Program-made: the position numbers and the translations under genes
In this document: in pieces, positions 39,063 through 47,852 of the stretch
How the letters are laid out: each line of letters opens with the position of its first letter
Position numbering within the stretch: the stretch's first letter is position 1
IMG/VR virus record: IMGVR_UViG_2912723979_000001
Location: 1 to 64,000 of that record
Length of the DNA: 64,000 nt
Strand: one strand, 5' to 3'
Source of the DNA: a virus
Taxonomy: Duplodnaviria > Caudoviricetes
Notes under the pieces: model-generated
Databases searched by the model: none
Seen by the model: only the letters and a program-made list of their open reading frames with translations
Told to the model about the DNA's origin: nothing

Positions 39063-39233
39063 TTACCGGCTCGTCACCAGGAACACGGCAAAGCTGATCA
39101 TGCTGCTGCCGAGGCCGTACGCCATACCCCGCACGAGGTGCTGCTGGACGCGCCACTCCAGCAGCTGGCGGAACAGCCTGGCCCATGGGCTCTGCTCGGG
39201 CCGGTTCTCGGCGTCGGTGTTGCTACCGTTCAT
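39063..39233 (-). CDS. 56-aa micropeptide with C-terminal TM (RGMAYGLGSSMISFAVFL)
   Basis: GAGGAG RBS, structured leader; paralogue of 33006. Confidence 0.65.
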   Translation of the reverse strand: MNGSNTDAENRPEQSPWARLFRQLLEWRVQQHLVRGMAYGLGSSMISFAVFLVTSR

Positions 39234-39504
39234 GGCGGGTGTCTCCTCTGTCGTCGCTGAGTGGGCCCGCATGCGGGAGTCTCCGTCCGACAGGTGCCTG
39301 GCAGGGCGTCGGCCGGGGGCTTCCGTTGCATGAGGGGAGCGAATTGCTCTGCGGACGACGGTGCCTGACGGCCTGTTAGCGAAGCAACCACGAGATGGCC
39401 TAGCACTACCGGGCCCCAGACGGCGTACTGCGATGTCCCGCAGTGACATTGGTGGCCTACTGGCGGGCCGCGCGCTGTTACAGAACGGTGACATAACCCG
39501 GCGC

Positions 39505-40380
39505 TCAGTCTGCCCGTCTGGGTTCTGGGGTGTCCCAGTAGCCGGTGTGGGCGATGGTGTCGGCGGTGACGGGCGGTTGCCGGTCGGCGAGGAGGGGATG
39601 GGTGGCGCACATCTGCCCGACGAGCTTGTTGACCCAGCGGGACTGGAGCGGCTGGCGGTCCTTGTTCAGCAGGAGCCGGTGCTCGGTGGGGTCGGCGGGT
39701 TCGGGCCGGACTTTCAGGTAGTCCTTCAGCGCGGCCCCGGTGAGCGGTTCGAGGGTGAACTGCTTGCCGACGTTCTCGTGGTCGTCGGGGGCGCGGATTT
39801 CCCAGGTGCCGTCGGGCTGGGGGTAGAGGTGGCGTTTGTCGACGCGGACGACCTGGGCGGGGCGGAGGCCTTCGAGGAGGAGCCAGACGGCGAGGCGGTC
39901 GCGTTGGTAGTGCCGGGAGTGGGTGGGTCCCCAGGAGCCGATGACGGTGAAGAGGACGGCGCGTTCCATGCGGTCGAGGCGGTTTTTGGCGCCGGCGGGG
40001 CGGGTGACGCCGGAGCGCAGGGCGGTGAGGTTCGGGGGGAGGGTGATGGCGCCGCGGTCTTTGGCGGCTTCGTAGTACATGGTGAGGGCGGTGATGCGCC
40101 GGTCGTGGCTGCGGGCGACTTCGGGGTGCTGGTCTGCGAGGGTGGCGAGGCTTGCGGGGGTGAAGGCGAGGCCTGCGAGGTAGGGGTGGAGGAAGGTGGC
40201 GGCGGACCAGGCGGCAATGTCGACGGGCCGGGCGGTGAGGGCGTCGATGGGCGGGTGCTGCTGGCGGCACCAGGTGAGGAAGCCTTTGGGGCCGGCGAGT
40301 TCGCGTAGGTACTCGGCTCGGGTGGAGGGGCGCAGGGCTGAGCCGGCGAGCCAGGTGTGCAGGAGTTCCTCGGCGTCCAT
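39505..40380 (-). CDS. Tyrosine-recombinase-fold protein lacking the C-terminal catalytic residues
   Basis: STRAEY SAM-like helix, RDRL...GLRP; HxxR replaced by ADTIAH and protein ends 12 aa later. Confidence 0.7.
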   Translation of the reverse strand: MDAEELLHTWLAGSALRPSTRAEYLRELAGPKGFLTWCRQQHPPIDALTARPVDIAAWSAATFLHPYLAGLAFTPASLATLADQHPEVARSHDRRITALTMYYEAAKDRGAITLPPNLTALRSGVTRPAGAKNRLDRMERAVLFTVIGSWGPTHSRHYQRDRLAVWLLLEGLRPAQVVRVDKRHLYPQPDGTWEIRAPDDHENVGKQFTLEPLTGAALKDYLKVRPEPADPTEHRLLLNKDRQPLQSRWVNKLVGQMCATHPLLADRQPPVTADTIAHTGYWDTPEPRRAD

Positions 40381-40408
40381 GCCGGTAGTCTGCCCGCCCT
40401 ACTGACTA

Positions 40409-40528
40409 GTTACAAAACTTCCGGGCTGCCTCGGCCCTGGTAGCGGGTGGTTGCGGTACGGCGCGAGGGCGCGGGGTGGGGTCGCGCGGGCTTCTCTTAG
40501 TGGGTGGTGGGGCCGGAAGTTTTGTGAC
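40409..40528. repeat. Inverted repeat pair ACAAAACTTCCGG (40412-40424) / CCGGAAGTTTTGT (40513-40525)
   Basis: 13-bp exact (15/16 extended) AT-rich arms, 88-bp spacer, upstream of the degenerate recombinase. Confidence 0.7.
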
Positions 40529-40663
40529 CTTGCCGATCATGGGGTGAGGGGTGTGGTGCCGCGGGGCTTCGCCGGTGGGATCACGCTACGGGCGATCCGC
40601 CGCGGTGTTCCCTCCGCTCCCGTTCCGGCGTGGCGCGGAACCGCGTGTGGCAGGGTGAGCCGC

Positions 40664-41392
40664 ATGTCGAACCCAGCACAGCCCGAGCGCCCGCGATCGC
40701 TCCTGGAAGCCTCCCTCGCCCTCGGCGACGGTCCCACCCTGCGCCAGCTCCGCGAGGCCATAACTGCCCCAGGGCCGGCCGCGATCAGCCAAATAGCCGC
40801 CCTGGCCGGCCAGGGCGAACGGCAGCGCCAGAGCTGGAACAGGTTCCTGGCCGAAGCAGTACGCGCCCAGGACACATCCAGGCGCCTGCTGCGCGACACC
40901 GTGATGCACCAGTGGGGAAACGCCGCCGCCATGCGGCTGCTGCAATCCGCCGCGCCCACCCGGAGAACCCTCACGACCGAGGACGTCGTCCAGGTCCTGC
41001 GGGACATGGACGCCTGGCGCGGCATGCCGCCGGCTCAGCAGCTGGCCGCCTTCACCGTCGTGGACGAGACGTACGGGTCCGCAGCCGTCCAGGACGACGA
41101 GCAGGTACCCGACGAGCTGGTGGACGAGTTCGAGGACACGGCCCGTACGTTCCTCTCCTCCAACGCCGGCCTGCTGCCGCCGAAGATGCAGCGGACCCTG
41201 TTCGTGTACTTCTGCGGGCTCATCGTTCTCGTCGCGCTCATGCAGGCGTCGTTCACCTCCGACGCTGTCGACGCCGTTCTCGGCAAGGCTGCCGACTTCG
41301 CACCGTTCGCCGGCGCTGCCATGCTGGCCGCGGGAAAGGCCTTCGACCGCTACACCGGCAACCAGAACGACGAGGATGACACGGACAGCTGA
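40664..41392 (+). CDS. Hypothetical membrane protein (two C-terminal TMs)
   Basis: ORF with hydrophobic C-terminal helices. Confidence 0.65.
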   Translation: MSNPAQPERPRSLLEASLALGDGPTLRQLREAITAPGPAAISQIAALAGQGERQRQSWNRFLAEAVRAQDTSRRLLRDTVMHQWGNAAAMRLLQSAAPTRRTLTTEDVVQVLRDMDAWRGMPPAQQLAAFTVVDETYGSAAVQDDEQVPDELVDEFEDTARTFLSSNAGLLPPKMQRTLFVYFCGLIVLVALMQASFTSDAVDAVLGKAADFAPFAGAAMLAAGKAFDRYTGNQNDEDDTDS

Positions 41393-41395
41393 CGC

Positions 41396-41596
41396 TCACA
41401 GCCCCGGTATCGGGTCCTGGTCGACGTCCCGCCGTTCCAGACGGGTCCGGTAGTCGGGATCGCATTCCGGCCCGTACCCGCGCCTGCGCGATTCCTCGTC
41501 GTGAAGCTCCCTGCCGCAGCCCGGCCCGCGGCACCACACACGCCGGCGCAGTCCGGACGGCTGCCCGGTGAGGGCTTCCTGCTCCTGAAAGGCCAT
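41396..41596 (-). CDS. DUF6011-like zinc-ribbon protein
   Basis: CRGPGCGRELHDEESRRRGYGPEC. Confidence 0.75.
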   Translation of the reverse strand: MAFQEQEALTGQPSGLRRRVWCRGPGCGRELHDEESRRRGYGPECDPDYRTRLERRDVDQDPIPGL

Positions 41597-41830
41597 GGCT
41601 CCAGTGTGATCCGTGAAAGGGGCTAGCGGGCTGCGGAGTACCAGAGTTAGCATGCGCTCACGCGCTCAGTGTCTCCATGGCCGCCAAGTCCCACTCGGAC
41701 TGGCGGCCTTCGTCATGTGTCGCGAGCGGGTCTTGATCGTTGCCGCGAAGATTTGCTACGCTGCGCGAGCGCGATCAGTACATCCAAGGCCACTACCCAC
41801 TATGGGCAGTGGCCTTCGTCATCTCCGGAG

Positions 41831-42007
41831 TCAGCGGGGATCGCTTGCCTTCTGCGGGGCGACCAGGTTGAACGGCCGGGGCGGCAGGTCGAGCCGCGGC
41901 CCGGCGTCTGGCCCCTGGTAGTTGCCGCCGCACGAGCAGAAGCTGCCCTCGTAGACGTAGCAGTGGACGAAGTGGCGGCCGTGCGGGTGGCCGGGCGTGG
42001 GTTCCAT
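41831..42007 (-). CDS. 58-aa His/Cys microprotein (HFVHCYVYEGSFCSCGGNYQGP; absent from ORF track)
   Basis: Translated by hand; AGGAG RBS; near-identical core to 34803..35006. Confidence 0.7.
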   Translation of the reverse strand: MEPTPGHPHGRHFVHCYVYEGSFCSCGGNYQGPDAGPRLDLPPRPFNLVAPQKASDPR

Positions 42008-42015
42008 GGCTTCTC

Positions 42016-42432
42016 CTAGGCGGCGAGGTCGGTCTGGGACTGGGTGAGCTTACGGCGGGGCTGGTAGTCGGCGTCGTCCTTGTCGCGGGCCAGCTCGTAG
42101 AAGAAGAGGGCCTGGACGTCATCGGCGGGCTGCGGCTCGGGCCGCTCGTAGGTGGTGGGGGCCGGCCGCTCCAGGACGTATGCCATGCGGTGGATCGTGT
42201 AGGCGGTCACCTTGCTGATCCGGAAGTTGCGCTCGTCGCCGCGGATCCGGCACATGGCGATGAGGATGACGTCGCCGTCGGCGGTGGTGCGCAGTTCGTG
42301 GCCTTCGACGGTGCGGACGGTCTCTTCGCCCTTGTCGTCGATGTAGGTGAGGGTCACGACATGCTGGCGGTCGATGGCCCGGTAGAGGTCGGCGATGGTC
42401 GTGGTGGTCGGCTGCTGGTGCGTCAGCTTCAT
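42016..42432 (-). CDS. Stand-alone WYL-domain protein
   Basis: LYRAIDRQHVVTLTY...RTVEGHEL...LIAMCRIRGDERNFRISKV; no N-terminal HTH. Confidence 0.85.
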   Translation of the reverse strand: MKLTHQQPTTTTIADLYRAIDRQHVVTLTYIDDKGEETVRTVEGHELRTTADGDVILIAMCRIRGDERNFRISKVTAYTIHRMAYVLERPAPTTYERPEPQPADDVQALFFYELARDKDDADYQPRRKLTQSQTDLAA

Positions 42433-42463
42433 CGTGGGTTCCCCCTTGTGGTGCGGTGTGACC

Positions 42464-42578
42464 AAGGTAGCCGATACAGCATTGCAATGCAATACAGATG
42501 GGCGTAGGGTTGGCATCAGCCAAGGGCACCCCGCCCTGGCCGCCCGGTTCTCGTCGGGCATGGCGTTGCAATACAGAT
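42464..42578. promoter_or_regulatory. Overlapping divergent HrdB-type promoters with operator repeats
   Basis: +: TTGCAA-N17-TAGGGT (42482-42510); -: TTGCAT-N17-TACCTT; palindrome GCATTGCAATGC (42479-42490); direct repeat TGCAATACAGAT at 42488 and 42567. Confidence 0.65.
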
Positions 42579-42592
42579 TGGAGGACGATGGC

Positions 42593-43171
42593 GTGGTAAA
42601 CGCCCCCACGCGTCCGCCCGGCCATCCCTGGTCCGGGCGGCGCCCGCCGAGAGGACCCCGTCCCGTGCCGCTCAGCCGCCAGGACCAGAACCGTGTCGAC
42701 CTGCTCAAGAAGGCGTCCGCGCACCTGCGGGAGACCGGAGCGCCGAAGGAACTCGCCGACGTGGTCGACTTCGTCATGACGGACGAGGGCGCGAACTTCG
42801 TGAACCGGCTGCGCTGGAAGGGCGCGGAGCAGGAGAACCCGAACCTGGCGATCCGGATGCCGCTGGCCCTGCGGGAGGAGATCAAGGCGGGTGCGCAGGC
42901 TGCGGGTAAGTCACTGACGACGCAGGCCGTGGCGGCGTTGAACGCGTTCCTGGACGGCAAGTACGTGCCGTTCGACCCGAAGGAAGAGGACGTGTTCCGC
43001 GGCGGCCCGCAGGCGATGTTGAACATCCGGGTGAACGCCGAGCTGCGCCGGAATGCCGACGAGTACGGGGCGAAGCTGAAGGAGGACGGTGTCCTGGACT
43101 GGGCGCCGCTGACTTCGCACGTGCTGAAGGCGTGGTTCGTGGAGAAGTTCACCGCTCACCGGGCCGAGTAG
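42593..43171 (+). CDS. Tandem ribbon-helix-helix DNA-binding protein
   Basis: NLAIRMPLALREEIKA and MLNIRVNAELRRNA strand-helix motifs; GGAGG 8 nt before GTG. Confidence 0.7.
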   Translation: MVNAPTRPPGHPWSGRRPPRGPRPVPLSRQDQNRVDLLKKASAHLRETGAPKELADVVDFVMTDEGANFVNRLRWKGAEQENPNLAIRMPLALREEIKAGAQAAGKSLTTQAVAALNAFLDGKYVPFDPKEEDVFRGGPQAMLNIRVNAELRRNADEYGAKLKEDGVLDWAPLTSHVLKAWFVEKFTAHRAE

Positions 43172-43257
43172 CCCTTGGGGTGGCGCGGCCGGCCTGACCT
43201 CTGATGCTGGCGCCGGCCCCGCCCCTACCGACTGCATAACCCCATAGGAGAGACCTC

Positions 43258-44226
43258 ATGGCGTCTGCCATTGAGGCCCCCGCCAGCGTGACGGCGGAGG
43301 GCCCGACCTCGCACACCCAAAACCAGGATGCACGCCTCTCGCCGTACCAGCTGCGGATGCTGCACGGCGGCATCAACGGCAACCGCGTCCAGAACCTCCG
43401 CGGCATGTCCCACCTGGAAGCATGGGATGTACGCCGCCAGCTGATCCGGATCTTCGGGTTCGGTGGCTTCGACATCGAGACCCTGTCGCTGGAGCAGACC
43501 TACGAGCACAGCGAGGTCCGCCGGAAGAAGAACAAGCAGGGCCAGGAGTACGGCGATCCGTACACGGCGTGGACCATCGTCTACCGCGCTCAGGTCCGTC
43601 TCATCATCAAGGACACGGCGGGCCGTCCGATCGCGCACTTCGATGATGGTGCGGCAGGGGATGCGGTCAACCAGCCGTCCCTGGGTGACGCCCACGATCT
43701 CGCGATGAAGACGGCGTTCTCGCAGGCGTTGAAGCGGTGTGCGGTGAACCTGGGTGACCAGTTCGGGTTGTCGCTGTACAACGACGGCTCGCGGGATGCG
43801 GTGGTGCAGTTCTCGGCGGCGCATCCGCCGGCGGAGTGGAAGCAGCAGGCTGCGCCTCAGCCGGAGCCGGAGGACCCGCCGGTGAAGCCGGAACCGAGTG
43901 CTCGTGCCGAGGTGGACGAGGAGTCGGTTCCGGTGGCGGTTCCGGTGGCGGGTCCGACCGAGCGTCCTGCGGAGACGGCCCGCCCGGTGACCGGGCAGCC
44001 GAGTGAGCACCTGGCCAAGCTGCTGCGGCAGACGTCCGACTGCTGGAACAGCAACAACATCCTGATCTTCAACCAGATCGGGGAGGACGGTGCCCAGCAC
44101 GGTGTCCTGGACGAGGAGTTCACGGACAAGCGCGGCGCGGTGACGACGCTGCGGAAGATCCTGGACGGGCGCGTCGCCGAGATCCAGGCCACCCAGAACG
44201 ACCCCACAGAGAGGAGTGCCGCCTGA
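43258..44226 (+). CDS. Rad52/Rad22-family single-strand annealing protein (Sak-like)
   Basis: SHLEAWDVRRQLIRIFGFGG, AMKTAFSQALKRCAVNLGDQFGLSLY. Confidence 0.85.
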   Translation: MASAIEAPASVTAEGPTSHTQNQDARLSPYQLRMLHGGINGNRVQNLRGMSHLEAWDVRRQLIRIFGFGGFDIETLSLEQTYEHSEVRRKKNKQGQEYGDPYTAWTIVYRAQVRLIIKDTAGRPIAHFDDGAAGDAVNQPSLGDAHDLAMKTAFSQALKRCAVNLGDQFGLSLYNDGSRDAVVQFSAAHPPAEWKQQAAPQPEPEDPPVKPEPSARAEVDEESVPVAVPVAGPTERPAETARPVTGQPSEHLAKLLRQTSDCWNSNNILIFNQIGEDGAQHGVLDEEFTDKRGAVTTLRKILDGRVAEIQATQNDPTERSAA

Positions 44227-45929
44227 TGTACCGCAACGACGACAACGCGCTGACGGTCATGGACTGGTTCTGCGGCGCGGGAGGGTCTTCCCAGGGTGTC
44301 CACGCTGTTCCCGGCGTTCGCGTCGAGAGGGCGGCGAACCACTGGAAGCTGGCGATCGAGTCACACGCCGAGAACTTCCCCACGACCAGCCACTACCAGG
44401 GCGACATCCGTAAGGCGCCGGTCTGGGACTGGCCCGTCACGGACATCTTCTGGGCGTCTCCGGAGTGCACCAACTGGTCCGTGGCCAAGGGCAAGAAGCG
44501 CGACTTCCAGAACGCGATGCAGGGCAGCCTCCTCGACCTCCTCGCCGGCCTGGACGACGAGGACGATGAGCCGACCGCTGAGGAGGAGTCCCGCGCGCTG
44601 ATGGAGGAGGTGCCGCTGTACCTGCGCGGTGTCATAGAGCGCGGTGGTCTCGTCAAGGCGGGGGTCGTCGAGAACGTCGTCGATGTCCGCGCGTGGGACC
44701 AGTGGGACCGCTGGATCGGTGAGATCCACAAGCTCGGCTACCGGACCCGGATCATCGCGCTGAACTCGATGCACGCGAACCCGCGGGCGGTGCACCAGGC
44801 CCCGCAGTCCCGTGACCGGCTGTACGTCGGCTACTGGCACGAGTCGCTGGGCCGCACCCCCGACTGGGACAAGTGGCTGAGGCCGCGCGCCTGGTGCTCC
44901 GGCTGCGACCAGTACGTGCAGGCGATGCAGGTGTTCAAGGACCCGAAGCGCGACATGGGCCGCTACCGGCAGCAGTACGTCTACCGGTGCCCGAACACGG
45001 CTTGCCGCAACCAGGTCGTCGAGCCGGAGGCCCTGCCGGCCGCGGCGGCGATCGACTGGTCCATCCCGGGGCAGCGCATCGGTGACCGTGCCAAGCCGCT
45101 CGCAGAGAAGACCATCAAGCGCATCGAGGCCGGGCTGAAGAAGTTCGCGCGGCCCGTCCCGATGATGGTCCCGGCCGGCGGAACGTGGCGGGACGCAGCG
45201 GTCAGCGTGGGCGAGCCGATGCCCGCACGCACCACCCGGGAGAACGACGCCCTGATGGTGCCGCCGCTCATGGTCCCAGTCGAGGGACGTGACGGGAAGG
45301 ACGCGGCGTCGGCGAACGGGCCGCTGCGCACGATGACGACCCGCAACGAGACCGGCCTGGCCTGGTTGCCGTTCATCGCTGAGCTGCGGGGCGGCGGGTC
45401 GGTGGCCCGTTCGGTCGCGGAGTCCCTCGCTACGGTGACCGCGTCGGGGAACCATCACGGGCTCGTCGCTCCGGCGGCGATGGTGATGCGGAACAACACG
45501 GCCCGGGGCAACCCGGGGCAAATGTGCACCCCGGCCAGCGAGCCGTTCCGCACGATGACGACGGCCGGGCACCAGTCGCTGCTGACGTGGGAGCACATGC
45601 TCGTCCCCTACTACGGCAACGGCGCCCCGCGCTCAGTAAGCGATCCGATCGGTGCGCTCACCACCCGCGACCGATACGCCCTCGTCAGAGGCGACATCGA
45701 CATCGACGACGTCCTCTTCCGGATGCTGGAGCCGCACGAGATCGGGCGGGCCATGTCGTTCGCCGACGACTACATCGTCCTCGGCAACAAGCGGGAGAAG
45801 GTCCGCCAGTACGGCAACGCGGTCACCCCGAACGCCGCCGAGGTCCTGGTGTGCGCGCTGGTGGAGGCCATCACCGGCGAGGAGATCGACCGCTACGCCG
45901 GCCCCGGCCCGCACGCACTCGCTGCCTAA
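44226..45929 (+). CDS. DNA cytosine-C5 methyltransferase (orphan)
   Basis: Motifs I DWFCGAGG, IV ASPEC, VI ENV, VIII PQSRDRLY, X QYGNAV. Confidence 0.92.
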   Translation: MYRNDDNALTVMDWFCGAGGSSQGVHAVPGVRVERAANHWKLAIESHAENFPTTSHYQGDIRKAPVWDWPVTDIFWASPECTNWSVAKGKKRDFQNAMQGSLLDLLAGLDDEDDEPTAEEESRALMEEVPLYLRGVIERGGLVKAGVVENVVDVRAWDQWDRWIGEIHKLGYRTRIIALNSMHANPRAVHQAPQSRDRLYVGYWHESLGRTPDWDKWLRPRAWCSGCDQYVQAMQVFKDPKRDMGRYRQQYVYRCPNTACRNQVVEPEALPAAAAIDWSIPGQRIGDRAKPLAEKTIKRIEAGLKKFARPVPMMVPAGGTWRDAAVSVGEPMPARTTRENDALMVPPLMVPVEGRDGKDAASANGPLRTMTTRNETGLAWLPFIAELRGGGSVARSVAESLATVTASGNHHGLVAPAAMVMRNNTARGNPGQMCTPASEPFRTMTTAGHQSLLTWEHMLVPYYGNGAPRSVSDPIGALTTRDRYALVRGDIDIDDVLFRMLEPHEIGRAMSFADDYIVLGNKREKVRQYGNAVTPNAAEVLVCALVEAITGEEIDRYAGPGPHALAA

Positions 45930-45937
45930 CCGGTCTG

Positions 45938-45960
45938 GGGCCCGCAGCACGGCGGGCCCC
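45938..45960 (+). terminator. Hairpin after methyltransferase
   Basis: GGGCCCGC / GCGGGCCC stem followed by a T-rich run. Confidence 0.5.
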
Positions 45961-46001
45961 ATCCTGTTTCCCGTTTCCCCGCCCTTGGAGGTGAGACCGC
46001 G

Positions 46002-46289
46002 TTGGCGGCTCGCGCGATACCGGCCGCCGCGGCCTTCACCGCGGCGGTTGTTGTTTACGCCCTGTACGTGTCCCGGCGGAACCGGCGGCTGCGGCTGGTG
46101 CTGGTCCGGGAGCGTGCCACGCATCATCTCGTGGCCGGCTGTCTGGCCCGGGATTTGGAGGAGTTCCGGAGCCGTCTGGGTGCGGCTGTTGCCCAGGACG
46201 CTGTGGCCGCGGCTGCTGGCCGGGGCCTGGGCGATGCTCTCGCCCACCACAACCCGACTGTCCCGCCTTCGGAGGGAGGACCCCGATGA
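46002..46289 (+). CDS. Hypothetical protein with N-terminal TM
   Basis: TTG after GGAGG; ATGA-coupled to next gene. Confidence 0.55.
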   Translation: MAARAIPAAAAFTAAVVVYALYVSRRNRRLRLVLVRERATHHLVAGCLARDLEEFRSRLGAAVAQDAVAAAAGRGLGDALAHHNPTVPPSEGGPR

Positions 46290-47065
46290 ACCCGATGTCC
46301 CAGAGCAAGACGAGTGAGCAGCTGCGCCGCGCGTGGGTGGAGCACCCGCACTTCCGGTACCGCGGGTGCGCGCCGGATCCGGATGACCCGCTGCGGATGG
46401 TGGGCGATCCCGGCCTGCACGTCGGCGCGCATCACGGTCCGGACGCGTTCGCCCCAGAGGGGCAGAAGGAGCGGCGGGCCCGTGAGGAGCGGGCGATCGA
46501 GGTCTGCCTGAACTGCCCGGTGATGGTGCAGTGCGACCGGTACGCGTCGTCAGTGACGCCGGACGGCAGGCTGGCGGAGCCGGAGGGCGTGTGGGGTGGC
46601 CGGCGGTCGCTGGAGCGGCACAAGGCACTCATCCAGGCCCGGGTCGCAGTGACGGCGGCGCCGGACTCGGCATTCCAGACCGAGCAGAAGCAGGCCGTGC
46701 TCGCGGCGTTGGCGCGGTGCTGGGAGCCGCTTGCGGTAGCGGCGGCTGCCGGGATGGATGTGCGGACGGCGAACTGGCAGCGCTCCCAGCTGGTCCGGCT
46801 GCTGGGTCTGCCGAAGACCGTGTCGCGGATGCGGGTGCTGGCGGCCGCGCGGGAGCGGGGGCTGCTGGACGGTGTGCGGGTGATGCCGGATGACGGCACG
46901 GTGCCGGCGCTGGCGCCGCCGACGAAGCTCCCCGCCCCGGCCCAGGCCCCGGCTGCGGGTGGTGTGGTCGTTCAGATGCGGCGGCCGCGCCGCTCCCACG
47001 CCGCGATGCCGGGCCAGTTGTCGTTCGAGTCTCTCGTCCCCACCACGTCTGGAGTTGCAGCATGA
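46286..47065 (+). CDS. WhiB-family regulator with C-terminal HTH
   Basis: GC...EVCLNCPVMVQC...GVWGG; then ANWQRSQLVRLLG...ARERGLL. Confidence 0.8.
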   Translation: MNPMSQSKTSEQLRRAWVEHPHFRYRGCAPDPDDPLRMVGDPGLHVGAHHGPDAFAPEGQKERRAREERAIEVCLNCPVMVQCDRYASSVTPDGRLAEPEGVWGGRRSLERHKALIQARVAVTAAPDSAFQTEQKQAVLAALARCWEPLAVAAAAGMDVRTANWQRSQLVRLLGLPKTVSRMRVLAAARERGLLDGVRVMPDDGTVPALAPPTKLPAPAQAPAAGGVVVQMRRPRRSHAAMPGQLSFESLVPTTSGVAA

Positions 47066-47499
47066 CCGAGATCCCTACCGCCGGCTCCGTCGAGGGGAAT
47101 GTCGTGGACGCTGAGGAGGCGGCCGCGTTCGAGGTGATGTGTGCGGACGCGGTGCTGGGGGGCCGTGCGGTGTCGTCGGGGCAGTTCCTGGCGGGGCTGT
47201 TGGCGGAGGCCGAGTTGGCGACGGTGGGCCGTCCGGAGAAGCTGCCCGCCGACCTGTTCCCGGACGCTGATCCGGCGGTGGTGCAGGCGGTGTGGGATCG
47301 GGCGCTCGCGGTCGGGTTCCACGCGGGTCGGATGTCGGCGGCGCCTCGGTTGTTCCGGGACCAGATGGACCGGGTGGCGGGCTTGTTCGAGGTGGCGGGG
47401 TGGCACGCGATGGCGGGGATGGTGCGCCGGTCGCGGGCGTTGGTGGCGCCGACCCGGAAGGGCCTGTCGGCGGACTCGGAGATAGAGCGAGAGCACTGA
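47062..47499 (+). CDS. Hypothetical protein
   Basis: ATGA-coupled ORF. Confidence 0.65.
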   Translation: MTEIPTAGSVEGNVVDAEEAAAFEVMCADAVLGGRAVSSGQFLAGLLAEAELATVGRPEKLPADLFPDADPAVVQAVWDRALAVGFHAGRMSAAPRLFRDQMDRVAGLFEVAGWHAMAGMVRRSRALVAPTRKGLSADSEIEREH

Positions 47500-47726
47500 T
47501 GACACGTCATGACCGGTGTGACAAGAGGCTCGTGAGACACGTGGGGAAGGACGGGGGACAGGTGCGGAGCCGAACCGGTAGGCTGGTGCCTGCGCCAGAC
47601 GACCACTCAGATGCGGTCCGAGGCCCACGAGACATAAGGAACGGCCCCGCAGTAGTCCTGGTGCTGGTAACACCGGGTGCGGGGCCGGGCCGACACCACG
47701 ACCCTTGCGAAGTAGAGGTGCCGACG

Positions 47727-47852
47727 ATGGCCAAGAGTACCCGGGGACTCAACCCCGTAGACAGGGCAGCCCGAAGTTTCCGCGCATCCGGCGTGAAGAT
47801 CACACCGCCGACGCAGCCGGGCCCTGTCCCCACTACCCCCGCAGTCGCGTGA
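47727..47852 (+). CDS. 41-aa small ORF (MAKSTRGLNPVDRAARSF...)
   Basis: GAGG RBS; GTGA-coupled to next gene; upstream hairpin 47642-47687. Confidence 0.4.
   Translation: MAKSTRGLNPVDRAARSFRASGVKITPPTQPGPVPTTPAVA

Noticed and set aside
42588-42599. Mini-ORF ATG GCG TGG TAA after GGAGG as a leader peptide
   Set aside because: RBS spacing (3 nt) is too short; the same RBS fits the RHH GTG at 42593
42433-43152. 5' extension of the WYL ORF to 378 aa as given in the track
   Set aside because: It is the antisense shadow of the RHH gene; an AAGGGGGA RBS supports the ATG at 42432
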